64,000 nucleotides of DNA from Lama glama (Eukaryota): contig CM052816.1 in the NCBI GenBank assembly GCA_028534125.1, positions 86,492,001 to 86,556,000 of the forward strand, in the 5' to 3' direction. Below are positions 35,506 through 49,292 of this stretch, piece by piece; position 1 is the stretch's first letter, and every line of letters starts with the position of its first letter. The position numbers and the translations under genes were made by a program. The notes beneath the pieces are model-generated. The model did no database searches, had not been told where the DNA came from, and saw only the letters and a list, made by a program, of their open reading frames with translations.

Positions 35506-37120
35506 GTGTGATTATAATGTGCTCCTGGTGTGTGTTGCCGTGTGTGCGCAGAGACACACGTGACCACGATCAGCATGGGTGAGCTGGCTCTCTCTCTCCA
35601 AATGGAAATGCGCCACAGAGGCTTTCCCTGAATCATGAAATTATCCTTTTCCTTTTGTCCAGACCGGACAGCATGCCCATTTACTGCCTGGTGTCAGGAA
35701 AAAAAATGTGTGTCCTTGGGAGTCCCATCTTTAAGGCCTCTTATAGAGCCACAGGCACTGCCACCACTTCTGCCAGCTGAGCCAGTCAGGAGAGCCCTCC
35801 CCATCTAGGGACGCGCCGCTAGCAGGAAGAAATGCCGCAGCCTCCCCGTGGACTGCACTGCGCACCGCGCTGGTGCTGCTGTCTGGGAGGAACACCAACG
35901 CCCTTTCCACATCAGACGGTGGGTCCCAAGGGGGCCCAGTGGAGGAGCCATCAGTGGGGGTGCCAGTAGCCGTACCTCGGTGTCAGTGGGCAATAGGCTG
36001 AGCATGCAGGCAGGGGGGCCTCATTTTCCTATAATCTGCAAAGGCCCTTGACTTCAGTTTAGTCCTTCCCTGCAGGTACCCCACTGCCTTTTAACAGTGA
36101 GGCCTCAGTGGCCATGCAAGACTCTGCTGGATTGAATTCCCGCTCAAGGCAGGACGGGGACTCATGTGGGAGGCAATCCGGGCTGTGAGCCCTATGATGC
36201 CTCTGTCTCTAAAGGGGCCCAGTAGGCGTCAAACATTTGACGTGAGTGTCATGTCCCAGGCTGCTGTCTGGGGCAGGCGGTCGGTCCGGAGCCCCACGCC
36301 CAGAACCCCAGGTAAAGCCGTGCTTAGTCTAGCGACTCCACAAGGCGTTGCAGTGACTCAGCTGGGACGTCTAGCTCAGAGGGACTACAGGCAGGACCCA
36401 CTGGCTGGTTTGCTGGGCCAGCGGCAAGGCGTCCTGCTGAGGTTCTCCCCAGTGGAAAGAAGCCAATTTGCATATAAAGCATACACAGGCTTAAGGATAA
36501 GTGTGGACTATGTTGTTTCCAAAAGGTGAAGCTACCTGCTGTGTGCTGGGCCTGCCTTAACATGAGGCTTGGTTGTGAACTGATGTTTTACAGCAAGAGG
36601 AATTTTGAGGCCCTTGGCCAACCTCAGCAGCTCATCCTTGGCTCATATGTGGGGCCATCGTCTGTCTTCTCTGCTGTAAATATTGTGTTACTAGGAGTAA
36701 ATCTTCCTGGGATGCATCCTCAGAGAACCATCACAGTAGAATGTTATCCGTTTAATGCCAAAGGTGGCAGTGGTTAGTTCAAGTGAATTTAGATCTTGCT
36801 ACGTGGGTTACAAGCTATTCAGATAAACCATGGGCAGCTGGTAAAGGTATACTGGATGCCCTTGAAACTGCAAGCAAATTGTAGTTGTGAGTCTTCAGTC
36901 ATCGTGACAAAGTGAAATATGTTGGCCAGATCTAGGGCAGCAGAGCCCGGGCCCGGGGCTTTTGGGATGTCATTTATTATCTCCATAATATTGGGAATGG
37001 GAGCCTTAATGGCGGAAAACATGCATTGCAATTTCCCATGATATTCATGGGATTGGGAGATGATATGGGACAGCAGCAAGGTATGCAGCGACAGAGGGAT
37101 CTGGGTCCAAGCCACATTGC
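35506..37120 (-). mobile_element. Degenerate ERVL-class (class III) pol relic: partial RT, connection domain, RNase H
   Basis: Minus-strand motifs in the correct order across frameshifts: AALDLANIF...QLQFACSFKGIQYTFT (RT), WH*TDNILL at ~36734-36760 (destroyed YxDD), QAQHTAGSFTFWKQHSPHL, KLASFHWGEPQQDAL, AYWAPLETE, ATEASLLK, AQLAEVVAV, MIQGKPLW, VTCVSAH...YNH (RNase H end). Confidence 0.88.
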
Positions 37121-37711
37121 CTTTGCCATGGGCCATGACTTTCCCAGTGACGGTGTCCCAACCACACGGTTTAGAACTCAGTGTGCTTGTGCTGCCTGAA
37201 AACACAACAGCCAGGGGAGGAGAGCCTCCCTCTCCTTCTTCTAAGTCATTGCCTGGCTCCTTTGTACAGTAGCCCACACTCGGGTCGGGGTGGTCACTTT
37301 CCTGTCCTGGCCATTAACTAATGCAGCTGAACCTTCTGAAATCTTAGCCAGTTCCCCTAAGAGTCAGTAGCTGGGCTCTTGCTTATAACTGGGAAGCACA
37401 CTAAAAGCCTGATGCCTGCTGGAGGGCTTTGCCCACTTCCTGTCAGTATTTCTAGGTGGAAAACATATCCAAAGCAACTCACACCAGCCCCAATTATTAA
37501 TGCTCTGAGGTTCAGGTGGATTCTGGCCATTTTTTTCAGAGCCTGAGTTTTGGAATGGGAAGCCAAGGTAAAACTCAGCAGAGTGAGTACAATGCAATGA
37601 GAAACAGCACAACTTTCAAAGGCCAGTAAGTGGCGGTGGTGGTGGACCTTTTCTGGATAAATGCATCACATGCCTCTCACTTGCTCTTCTGCTGCTGTCA
37701 CCCATTGTTAA

Positions 37712-37896
37712 CAACCTTAATGATTACATTGGGCCCCACTAGAAAATCTAGGATAACCTCTTATTTTTAAGGTCAGCTGATTTGCAACCTCAATCCATCT
37801 GCATCCTTAACTCCCTTTTGTCTTGTAAGGAAACACATGCATAGTTCTCAGGATTAGGATGTTTTACCTTTAGGGGGCCACTATTCTTTCTGCACA
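37712..37896 (-). mobile_element. 5' part of an older MLT1 (E-H-like) LTR
   Basis: gattacattgggcccca...ggataacctc...ttaaggtcagctgatt...ggattaggatg...gggggccactattct. Confidence 0.7.
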
Positions 37897-38435
37897 GGTT
37901 TCAAGTTCAAAAGCATCCACTTCTGTCAGTTTAGTGACGTTTATATTATTCAAGTGAGACCTTGTCAATGTTTGATGTAATAGTTGAAGGTGAGGAGTTA
38001 GATAATTCTACTTAATTTCTGTGGGATACTAATCCTCCACTCTTATTTCTTTCGTCCCTTCTTGATTATCCTCTCCAGAGAAACATTTCTTCATGTCTCT
38101 CACTTCTGGTCCTGTTCCCTTTCAAACTACCTTCTTGCAGCTGGTATTGTGAACTACCAAATCCCAGCTGTGTGTTCAGTATTTTGGCTTTTAGTACTGG
38201 AATTTATCTAACTAAAGATAATTTAATTTATGATTTATTGAAGTTCCTCTTTTCCTTTTGCTTTTTTAAGAAGTCTCTTAAATTTCCCCTTCCCACATAA
38301 TGACCTTTGCTCTCTGTACCAGCAGGCTGGCAGCACAGTGGGAGCACTATGAAAAGTTAGTGTTTGTATCTGTACTTGGAGGTAATGCAATTTTTATGGT
38401 ATGCCCTGTTTCTTAGTAATGCTAAGGTGTGGAGC

Positions 38436-38462
38436 GTGTGTGCCTGTGTGTGTGTGTGTGTA
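38436..38462. repeat. Interrupted (TG)n microsatellite
   Basis: gtgtgtgcctgtgtgtgtgtgtgtgt. Confidence 0.85.
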
Positions 38463-40624
38463 TTTCTCCACCCATTGGCCTTATGCTTTTGGGGAAAGAA
38501 TACATGGAGAAAATCAGATTCAAGCAAATATTGTTATCTTTTAGAATCAAAGTTCTCCTGTGTGTTAGTCTTTACAACTAAAGAGCTAACATTCTTTCTG
38601 ATTAATTCTTCATTTAAAATTATAATATATGAGTAAAGGTAAATTTTAACAGGGTTTTTTTTAATGTTTTCCAAGTGACAGATCCTTCTATGCTGTCATC
38701 TTTCATTTCTGTAACTATTAAATTAGCAAGAATATGTTTCTTTAGAACTAAATAAAATTGCTATTACTGGAATGTCTCAGAAACAGCAAAAAGGCAAAAC
38801 AAAATATGCCATATGCAAATTCACATTTTCATATATTAATCAAAAGATCATTCAGAGACATGAAACAATTATTCCCCGTCTCAGTTTCTAGTCCCAATTT
38901 ATCTTTGAATAAGAGGGCTTTGCACTAGATGATCTCTTTTTCAACAATTGTAGTTTTATACCTAACATCTTTGATTGCTTTCTATTATTAAAATTGTGTT
39001 TTGTTCCTGCTTCATGTTTTCATTATGTTCTTTTTCCTTTTCCTTTCCAATATCACACACACACACACATATTAGTTCTGATTCTCTTGTACTGATGGCT
39101 TACATTCCACGTGGACTTTCGCTGTGATTCTCTTCCTCATATGTCAGGTGCTCCTTTTTAATGCTCGTGGATTTTTGTTTTGCTTTCGCTAATAATATCT
39201 AACTGGAGCCAGAGGAAGGGTAAAAGTCTAAACCCTGTCTTGTGCTTTTTTAGTTAAAAATTATAGCATAGTATTTCAAACTTGTTTTATTGCACATTAC
39301 CATGGAAATATATTTTTCATAGTGCATTTTAATAAAGTGGAATATACTTGTATTTATTAAAAATGTTTATTGCATGCCCATTAAATATCAGGTATTGATG
39401 TAATCTGACTATAGGTGTCAGGGTTGAATAAAACAGACCAATATCTATGTTCTCAGGGAGCTAACATTTTACACAAGAAAATAAATATATATGGTGCCCC
39501 TCCTCCACACAGAGACAAATTTAGGTTTGTAGATAGAAATAGATCTATAGATACAGATATAGATACACACACATTTGAAAAGTTTGACTTACAAATATTT
39601 TAAGAGAACATACTTAGTGCTACTCATGAGATAAACCTTGATGTTTCAATTTACTTTCATTTTATTTAAGCACATTCATTGTGACCCACTAAAATGATTT
39701 TGAGACCGGCAGATAAGTATTTCTCCAACCTTTTCTAACATTAACATGTGGCCTCTTGTCCTGTCCCACTTCAGGGCAGTGATTTCCCCAGTGCTGGGCT
39801 CCGTTCCTCCCATTCTTCTCACATGGGCTCCCTCTATGTTCCCACAGAGTTTTCAGAGTTCCATGGCGTTGCTAATTCAAGTTCCTTCAATCTCATAATT
39901 TCTCACAGCTTCAGGGTAGAGTCTGGGAGCTGATGCTTGTTTTTCGTTTGGCCAAAATCTTCAATCCTGGCTCAAGTCCTTCTTTAACATTCTGTATCTT
40001 TCCATCTTGGTTCATAGCTTCTCAATTATTTGAGAAAACTGGATTTGAAATTATAGAAAAATAGTAAGTTTGAAGGAAATATTAGTTAAACTTGTTTTTT
40101 GATTTTTTTCTTTCTTTTTTTTTTTTGCAAAATAAGAGAAACAAGAAGCAAAGACTTATATTTACCTACCAAGGTTTTAAGGTATTAAGTATGCTTGTGA
40201 TTAAGACTATAATTATTAAGAATATGTTAGGATTGTCTCACAAAGAAGGCAAAAAATTATTCTATTATTATAATAAAGAGAAGAAAAAGAAACTTCTTCT
40301 AAAAAATATTAAATTAAAAGTATAAACCAAATCTATCTTCTTAAAATTATCTGCATAAACAAAATCATCAAGATATTAAAAATAATATTTAAATTATGTA
40401 ATTAGATAGGGCTGAGCTAGTTGTGGAGGAACAATGGCTATAATATTTAAATATGTAAACATGTTTTTTTAAAGATGTAGTTGAATATATTGGTTTTCAA
40501 ATGACATTTTCAACGTGTGGTTGGATAACTGGAGAACATCCAAGCTTTAAAATGTATTTAAATATATATTGAATTTCATGTTGATTCTTAAAAATCTTTT
40601 TATATTTATTGGTGTATTCTGAGA

Positions 40625-40800
40625 AATATATACACATATTATTCATCTTTATATATGTATACACATACAGATACATAATTACATATGCATATAAGTTTCA
40701 AACGTATTTTATTGCTGTTATATATACATATGAAACTGTTATATACATATATGAAATTATATACTTATATAATTACGTAGATATTATGTATGTGATTTTA
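40625..40800. repeat. TA/CA-rich low-complexity tract
   Basis: Degenerate tatatacata repeats, including a duplicated atatatacatatgaaa-like unit. Confidence 0.7.
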
Positions 40801-40884
40801 TAGAAACTACCTCTTTGTAGCATTTTTTTGGTTATAGATCAGTATTCATAGATTAAAGCCATTTATTTGCTTTGAGGTAGACTA

Positions 40885-43040
40885 TTTTTTTAATAAGGTG
40901 TAATTTAAGTATAGAAATTTTGGAGTTTTGCCAAACATGTGCAAAGTATAATCCCCACCTCAACCAACCTATGGAACATTTTCATCATTGCTGTAGGTTT
41001 CTCAGGTTCTGTTTTAGTAAATCTACACTCCCAAGTTCCCCCTGTGCAAAACAGATTTCTGATTTCAATCACCATCAGTTAGTTCTGCTTGTCTAGAAAT
41101 TAATATAGATGTAATTACTCAATATGTATTATCTTGTAATTGACTTCTTTCACTTACCACAAAATTTTGAAATTCATCTATATCATTGCATGCATCTGTT
41201 GTTTGTTCCTTTTATTGGATATGAGTTACATGAATGCTACAATTTCTTTGTCCTTTAATGGATAAGATATTAATGGATATTAATGTCATTTCTTCCCTTT
41301 CAATTACTATGAAAGAAGTTTTCGTGAGTATTCTCCGGAGAGTAATTGCTGAGTCATATATTTAGAAAATGATGGTTCATAGTGTAGGTCTTGTTTGAAA
41401 GGAAAAAAAAAAACAAAAACCTGCCAAGCTGTGTTTTGATGCGATTATAGCATTATATACCCCCAGAAGGAACGTGTGTAAGATCCAATTGCTCCACATA
41501 CTAGCTAACATTTGATACCATCAAATTTTAATTTTAGTCCTTAAAGTTGAGTGTGAAGTAATTTTTCTTAGTGGTTTTAATTTACATTTTCCTGAGGACT
41601 AATATGTTGAGCACCACTTCATGTGATTCAGAAGTCTTTTGTACATTTTATAAACGATGCTATTCTTATTGAATTATTAGACATGCACACAAACATAGAC
41701 ACACACACAGATACTCCAGATACAAGTCTTTAGACAGCTTCACATTTATTGTTTTCTGCCATACTGTGACTTGCACTTTCATTTTCTCAGTATACATTTC
41801 GAGCAGTTGAAATGTACAATTTTGATAAAGTCTAATTTATCTTTTTTTCTAAATTTAATGTTGTTAGTGGTTTTTATAAGAAATCTCTAATTAAAGGTCA
41901 CAAAGATATGATCCTAAATTTTCTTCTAAGACTTTATAGTTGGAACATTAATGTTTAATTCAATTATCTGTTTCAATCTAACATTTGTGAATCATTTGTG
42001 GTAGGGATACTGATTCTCATTTCCTCCTCATTTGTCCTCATACAGATATCAAGTTGTTGTAGAACATTTCTTGTAGAGAAAAGACTTTCCCTCGTTAATT
42101 ATGTTAGTACTCGTATCAAGATTTAATTGATCTTACACACTTATATCTACTTCTGGGCTCTCTATTCCATCTCATTGATCTATTTGTGTACCCCTACATT
42201 CTTCTTATTACAATAGATTTATAGTAACTGCAGTATTAAAATCAAGTAGTATAAGTCTTCTTTCTAGGTCCTTTGCATTTTTACGCCCATTTTAGAATCA
42301 ACTTGTCAATTTCTACTAAGAAATCTGTTGGATTATTTACAGGGATGACTTTGAATCTGTATATTATTTTTAGAAAGATTACATAATATAATGTCTAAAT
42401 TCTTTAAATCTTTAATTTCTCTCTGCTTTGTTTTATAGTTTTCATTGTAGTAGGCTTCCATATTTATTCCAAATAGTTTTTAATTTGAAGTTGCTGTGAA
42501 TGGTATTCTTTTAAAAATGTTAATTTTCAATAGTTTGTTACTAGTGTACTAAAATACAATTAATTGTTTCATGTTGATTTGAATCTCATAATGTTGCTAA
42601 ATTTATTTATTAGTTATCTTATTTTTTTTCCTGATTTACTAGTATTTTACATAAAACAATAACATTTTCTGGAAACAAAATTATATCTTCTTCTGATATT
42701 TATTGAATGATTTTTTTTCTTTTTCTTTTGCATTGGTTAGGAATTCCAACACAATGCTGAACAGTGCTGAGAGCAGACATCCTTGCCTAGCTCCCTTCTT
42801 AGGAAATTTGTGGTCCATACACTAAGTATTAAGTTAGCTATGGGTTTTCATAGATATCTTTTATTATATTAAAAGTGTTCCCTTCTATACATACTAAGTT
42901 ACTGAAGATGTTTCTCATGACTGAGTATTGAATTTTGTCAAATGCTTTTTCTACCTTTATTAATATGATTACATTGATTTTATTTTTTATTGTGTTAATG
43001 TGGTAAATTGCACTGATTGATTTTGAATGTCAAACACATC
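40885..43040 (-). mobile_element. Old L1M (L1MD/ME-like) 3' UTR and ORF2 end
   Basis: Typical antisense L1 blocks: ttttaatttacattttcctgaggactaatatgttgagca, ctaggtcctttgcattt...ttttagaatcaacttgtcaatttctac, gagagcagacatccttgc, gaattttgtcaaatgctttttc. Confidence 0.85.
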
Positions 43041-44787
43041 ATTCTAAGTCATTTACAGATGTCAACTCATTCAATCCCCATAATATCTCAGGGAGAGAGC
43101 TCTTATTAATTTACCCAAGGTCACTCAGATAATAATTTGTCCAAATAAGATTTGATATTGTAAGTTTAACACCTGAATCCATGCTCTTAGCCAATACTAT
43201 ATTTAACAATAAGCTTTTCTGATCAGTCACATGAATACAATCGTTTAATACTCTCATAAAAACTATATGATACTAAGTTATATTACAAAAAAAGTTATAT
43301 AGGCATTTTGAAACTTTCGAGTGATATAACAATATACTAAAGGCTAAAATCTTTATAAAATCTCCTCTAAATTTAAGTATTTAGGGAATTAAGGTGCCTA
43401 ATCTCTATTACTTTCTTTAACAAGAATAAACAAATGTTTCTTCTTGGCAGAGATCCTCATTCTTGTCAACTTCACTTGGTTTAATGATGAGAAAAACAGT
43501 AATATTTGAAAAGACTCACTGTCAGCTTGGCAAGCATTTAAACATGTGAATACATTTTTAAAGCCTAATAAACATTTTTTCAACATGGAAAGTTAAAACT
43601 TGTAACAGGTTAGCTCTCTTGAGTACTTTCACTGAGTTTTTTAGTTTTTGAACACTTTTCTTCTAAAAAATACCAGAATATTACAGAAAATATGAAATTG
43701 AAATAAATAAAGACATTTGTATTTTCATATTAAATGAAGTCATTTTTGAGGCTTTTTCTTGTATCAATCTCACCCAGTAAAGAACATAAGAATATTCCTT
43801 AATTAAACTGCAGTTATTTAAATTATTTTCAAGGTATAGCAGGAAGATACTTCTTTCTATGATAAATAATACTTTACAGTGTATAGCATGTTATTTCAAA
43901 GTAGAATGATATACAGTATTTTATTTCATCTCTAATTATTCCTATAACTGATACATCCTATTTCATGCTTATTTCATTAGTCATATTTCAATGGCATCTG
44001 TCTTCTGCTGATTTTGAGGTGTTTATTTCCTGACTGATTTACTTTCCTGAGTACTTTTGGTCAATTTTTAACCCTTAAGGATTTTTTATAAATCAACTGA
44101 TTTCTGAACACCACTAAGTGCTTCTCAACTTCCTTAAGAATTTTGTTCAAAGTTCAAAGTTTCAAAGACAGGATAAAACTGAGATGAAGGAGTCCCTTCC
44201 TCCAGTCAAAATCCTGTTCCTTGCTGGTTTCTGTCATCTCTGAGGTCTTGTCCCCAACAGGAAGCACCATGTGTTAGATCACTCTGCTCATCTCAATCTG
44301 CCAAATACTACTTCAGTGTTGAAAGGAGGATGTCTCTCTTCCCAGTGTGATGCTCTGACAGGAGCTTCATGTCAAAGTAGATCAGGGCTCCTGCAATACA
44401 TGCTTTAAGCAACCTGCAATCAAATTCATTTTATGCAACCATGGATTAGTGTGGTAGAGTTCAGAAAGATACAAGCAAAACCCCCATTTTTTTCTGCCCT
44501 AAAACATGTCTTCCCCAAATACTCAGTTCTGGTGTCTGACGTGAGTCAGCATCACATACCATAACCTTTTGTAAGGTGAGTTGACTTTTGGAAAGATTCT
44601 TGGCCTTCTTTCCAATATTTGGTCTCACTTAGAGTCTACTTAACATATACTTTAAGACTTAGGGTAAAATGGAGAACAAAATGCCTAGTTTTAAAGGAGA
44701 TGATGAAGGTTTCATAAAGAAAATGAGAACTGCCCTCCTTCTGAATAGTGTACAAGAGTCTTCTCAGTAATCAAAAGAGGTAAAGCC

Positions 44788-45565
44788 TGATGGGAATGTA
44801 AAATGGCACCACCACTTTGGAAGACAGTTTGATATTCTCTTATATAGCTAAATATGCTCTTACCATTTGACATTGCAATCATGCCCTGGATATTTATCCA
44901 AGTGGTTGAAAATTTATGCCCATACAAAAACCTGCACATGGAAGTTAACAGCAGCTTTATTTATCACTGTCAAAGCTTGAAAGCAACCAAGATGTCCTTC
45001 AGTAGGTCAATGAATAAATAAACTGTGGTACATCTTTACAATGGAACAGTATTAAGCACTAAAAAGAAATGAGCTATCAAGTCATGAAAAGACATAGAAA
45101 AGTCTTAAATGCATATTACTGACTGAAAGAAGCCAATCTGAAAAGGCTATATACTGTCTGATTCTAACTATATGACAAAAGACAAAACCCTTAAGACAGT
45201 AAAACGATAAGCAGTTGCCAGGGAGGGAGGGAAGAATGAATAGGTGGAGCACAGAGGATCTTTAGGACAGTGAAATTATTCTGTATATTACTATAATGAT
45301 AGGTAAACATCATTATATGCTTGTCAAAACCCTGTAGAACATACAACATCAAGAGTGAACCCTAGTGTAAAATATGGACTTTGAGCAATCATGATGTGTC
45401 AGTGTAGCATTATTGATTGTAACAGATGTCCCACTCTGGTCAAGGGGTGTTGACAGTGGGGGAAGCTGTGCTCTGTGTGATAAAAGGGTTTACAGGAACT
45501 GTCTACTTTCCACTCAATTTTGCAGTGAACTTAAAAGTACTCTAAAAAATAGTCTATTAAAAAGA
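44788..45565 (+). mobile_element. L1MC-like 3' end
   Basis: gggaatgtaaaatgg...ccactttggaagacagtttg...aagcaaccaagatgtccttcagtagg...gagtgaaccctagtgtaaaatatggactttg...ctaaaaaatagtctattaaaa. Confidence 0.88.
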
Positions 45566-45741
45566 AGAGGTAAAGCCATTTCAGATGAGAAAATATCCAT
45601 GTCAAATACACATTCAGGGGTGGACCAGCATGTGAGGTGTCTGCATATCAAATTCTGAGCGGTACCACATCATCACTGGAAATGTAACAAGGTAGAGAAA
45701 ATTATATGTGCTAATATTTTCTAGAATTTAATACTGTACAC

Positions 45742-45823
45742 ATTAGGTTAAATCACATAAAGTTGCCAAAATATGACTTTTTGACCAAGAAAAAATGTTA
45801 TCTTTTTATGGCTGAATCTAATA
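45742..45823. mobile_element. MADE2-like mariner MITE
   Basis: ~80-bp degenerate inverted repeat ttaggttaaatcacataaagttgcc...tttttgacc...tatggctgaatctaa. Confidence 0.6.
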
Positions 45824-48800
45824 TTGACAAATTAATGTTGATTTGTGGTGTTATTGTTATGTGTGAGGTTGTGGTCCCAATACAACTTCTTTAGGTTGGT
45901 GCTCAATAAAATGATTCAAAGGAGGGTGAGTCAAGTGAATTATCTGTGCTTTGCTGAGAGAGTTTTGGGTTTGCTTTTGTTTGATTTTGGTTTTGGTTGC
46001 TGAGGAGCCAATGGAAGACTAAAAACAGAGGTGAAATGCTTGGAAAACAAAAAAGAAGGGAATAGTTTAGATAATGGCACCAATATCCACCTGTCCAGCA
46101 CTTGGTTTCTGTAATCAATATGTCTTCAAGAAATATTTAGAGAATATCTTTCTGAAGAGGAACCCATTTGTATATTTGGGTGACCAGATGTCTCAATTGA
46201 GACCTAACAGTCAAGGATATGAGAAAAAGCATGGGGAACCAGAGGGAAAAAAGACTCCAAATTTAATGGATTCCAAGAATCAGAGAGAGATGAGCTGAAA
46301 ATCATGAAGAATCTTGTGCCCCATCTAGGACAATAAGTTATTTCCCAGGGGCAATGGGGATTCATGGGAAAATGAGACTTGATTTACAATTTAGAAGTAA
46401 TATTGTGTAGCATGAAATAAATTGATTAGTTGGGCATGTTAAAGAAGGCAATGGACACTAATGTGAATGCAGGAGGTCAGTCAAGAAATGATAGATGTGG
46501 AACCAAAAGTGTAGTGGAAATGAAGGCTGAGGGAAATTTTGAACATTTGCTAAACACAGTATCAGGAAAAAAAAAAAAAACAGTTAAAACAGGTTAAGAA
46601 AACCTCAGTGGGAAGTTTCCACTGAGGGAATAGGATAGAAAGAGAAACCAAAAAAAGACCTTGACATTTTGGGTAAGAAATGGGGGAATGTTGCTACCAT
46701 TCCCTGAGGAAAGGAATCAAAGAATCAAAAAGAAGTGCGTTTTCAAATAAAAAGTCTCTTATTAAAGTAACAAATTGTGTTAAAAAAAAAGAGTACAGTG
46801 CTTAGGGTATTGAAAGATAAATATGAGCTTACAGCACGGACAATAGGAAGGTGGAGATTGGTAAAATATTGAGACAAAAAAATAAAGTTAGAAATACATA
46901 CAGTCTCCCAGTTAACATCCCATGAATGGACCAAAAAGATTATTTCACAAATAAGAATAAATCTAAACATGTTCGACAAAATAAGAAAACGTGATATCAC
47001 TTGACCAAAATACTAAGGGAAACCCTAACATTTGGAAAGCAGACAGGCCCAGATCTCAACCAAGAAGCCACCTCCCAGAACACATACAGCAGATAATCAC
47101 TTCAAAAGTAGGAGCAGCATCAGAGAATGCCAGACTGAGCCAGTGCATGCAAGATGCAGCAATGAACCTGGAAACATCTGTTGTCAAGGCAACTAATGGG
47201 AAAAATAGATTTGGAATAGCTCGACCACTCAAGTCCCTCCCATTTCTGCTCAGACTAGCAGTAGTGGCACTTGATCTTCAGCTGGAGCAGTGAGTGTCAG
47301 CCTGGAGAATGAAGCGACATAGGAATGTTCTTGGAAGCTAATTATACCCAGGACAGCGGGAACATCTCATATCCAGAAGAAATGACCCTGGTATATACCT
47401 TTCAGTAGTATCAGTATATAATGTCCATTTTATGTAACAACCTGGAAACAATCACAGCAAATCAGAACAGAAATAGGATTTCCAAATAGTAATTAATATA
47501 ATAATAATGATAATGATAATAAATGAACCACCAAATACTGAAAAAAAAAAGTATAGTGAGACTAAAGCAACAAATTAAACCAATAAAATTAAACAGAATA
47601 AAGATAGGACTTTAAGATGAATATAATGAGGAACTCTTCAGAGAGATAGCTTTGGCTATTGTATATATAAAGAGAAGCAACCAATGAACTTGGAGATTAC
47701 ATTTTTATTTTCAAAATGATATAGCATATTGTATCAGTTTAAAATAATAATCTTCTTTTAATGCACAACATTTATAAATTACTTTGTAAAGCAGTTCTTT
47801 TTATCTTACAGTTTCTTGAAGTTTCTTTTCAGTTAGGAGCATGCCTAAGTATTTTCAAAACAATGTTGCATAAGAGAAAAAAATGGACTTTATAATACAC
47901 TGTCAAGACACCCAACAAAATTTTTTCGAATTTGAATTTTTTTTGAAAACTAAGTATATTTAGTTAAAATGAACAAAATCTTGGAGTACGTGCTGTTAAT
48001 TTATTTAACATGAAAATTGCCTGAAAGTGTAAGAATGGGATATGAAGTTTTATATTGGCACCGAGATTCTGCCTTTGCTGATTGAGTACATAGAGTTCAC
48101 ATCCCAACTCGCATTTCTGAATATGATTATGATGTTAATTTCTCTCTTGCTAAGTGTAAATTCCTCGAGGATAGACTTTTTTTTTGCAGAAATTGTGCAC
48201 AGAACCTACCATATTGAAGATATTCCAACAATGTTTTATAAATAAATGAAAAAAGTATTATTTACAAATGTCTTTAAAATATTTTCTACTGTGTGAACAA
48301 TGCAACGCCTTCTATAAAAGAGTCTTTAAGAGAGTAATTACCTTATTGCACTAATTTGTTACTCAAAGCCAATTTTTAAATAGTGTTATAATTAAATCAA
48401 TTGTAAAGTCAGCTCCAATTGGGAAGTGTTTATGAAATAAGCTACCTAAATATTTTCAAAGAGAAGAAAGCAGAAAATCACCTCTTTCTCATACCATCCT
48501 CTTGCTTGTCCCATTCTTTCTACTTGTGAGAAGATAATTTCTCTTGAAATTATTAGGAGATAGTCTGACACCTAGTGGACACTCACCAAATGCTTGTTAT
48601 GTTATGAAGATACAAGAGAGAAAGGAATGAAGGCAACATCAGCAGAGTATGCAAAGCATCTTAAAATGCCTGAAGCTGTAGCTGAGGTGGGAGGAGGGGC
48701 TGACACCTGGAAGTCTCCTGGAGGCATTCTTCAAGAACGTTTTCCTAGAGGTTAATACAAATCTCTCGACTCTTTGAAACTAAAAGGAGATTAAGAATAA

Positions 48801-49199
48801 GACATACTAATCCAAATATGCACATTCCTTTGAAGAAGTTGGTAAAATAACCCAATTATAATTTGTGATTTATCCACATAATTTAATGATTTCACACAGT
48901 ACAGAAAATGTGAGGTTTTGATCTGAATAGAAAATAGTTTGTGTTTCACAGGTTATTATTGAGTTACCAGTTCTGTTTATTTAGAGGCTTAAAATCAAGA
49001 ATCCTCCTGTTACACAGGAATCAGTAAAAGAATAGAAGAATACAGACACAAAGATTTCACCTAGAACAGGCTAGGTCGAGTGTAAATAGGTCAGTAAAGA
49101 TCTTAACATTAGAATATGCTGCATGCTATTTTAAATTAAAAAAAAATCCTTTTATCTGAAAAACTATTTTTCTATGCTTCTTTAAAATAAGCGTTTATA

Positions 49200-49292
49200 G
49201 GAGGTGGGTATAGTTCAGTGGTAGGATGTGTGCTTAGCATGCAGAAGGTTCTGGGTTCAATTCCCTGTACCTCCACTAAAAGCATAAAATAA
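49200..49292 (+). mobile_element. tRNA-Ala-derived SINE (Vic-1-like)
   Basis: gggtatagttcagtggtag...tgcttagcatgcagaaggttctgggttcaattccctgtacctcc, short A tail, degenerate TSD aaaataagcgtttata / aaaatcagtttttata. Confidence 0.85.

Noticed and set aside
34899..35636. Long ORFs of 173-245 aa spanning the first gap (also 59209-59938)
   Set aside because: Artefacts of N runs. Only the MIQGKPLW...HYNH part is meaningful, as dead ERVL RNase H.
36819..37277. 152-aa minus-strand ORF with RT motifs as a domesticated retroviral gene
   Set aside because: Only the C-terminal part resembles RT; the frame breaks before the catalytic motif, which carries a stop and a D-to-N change.
46603..46627. Hairpin cctcagtgg-N7-ccactgagg
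   Set aside because: A 9-bp stem is expected by chance in 64 kb and is too short for a pre-miRNA.
46991..47293. 100-aa ORF and other 60-120 aa ORFs in the downstream desert
   Set aside because: No recognisable domain, no splice-consistent partners, and many overlap repeats; consistent with random ORFs.
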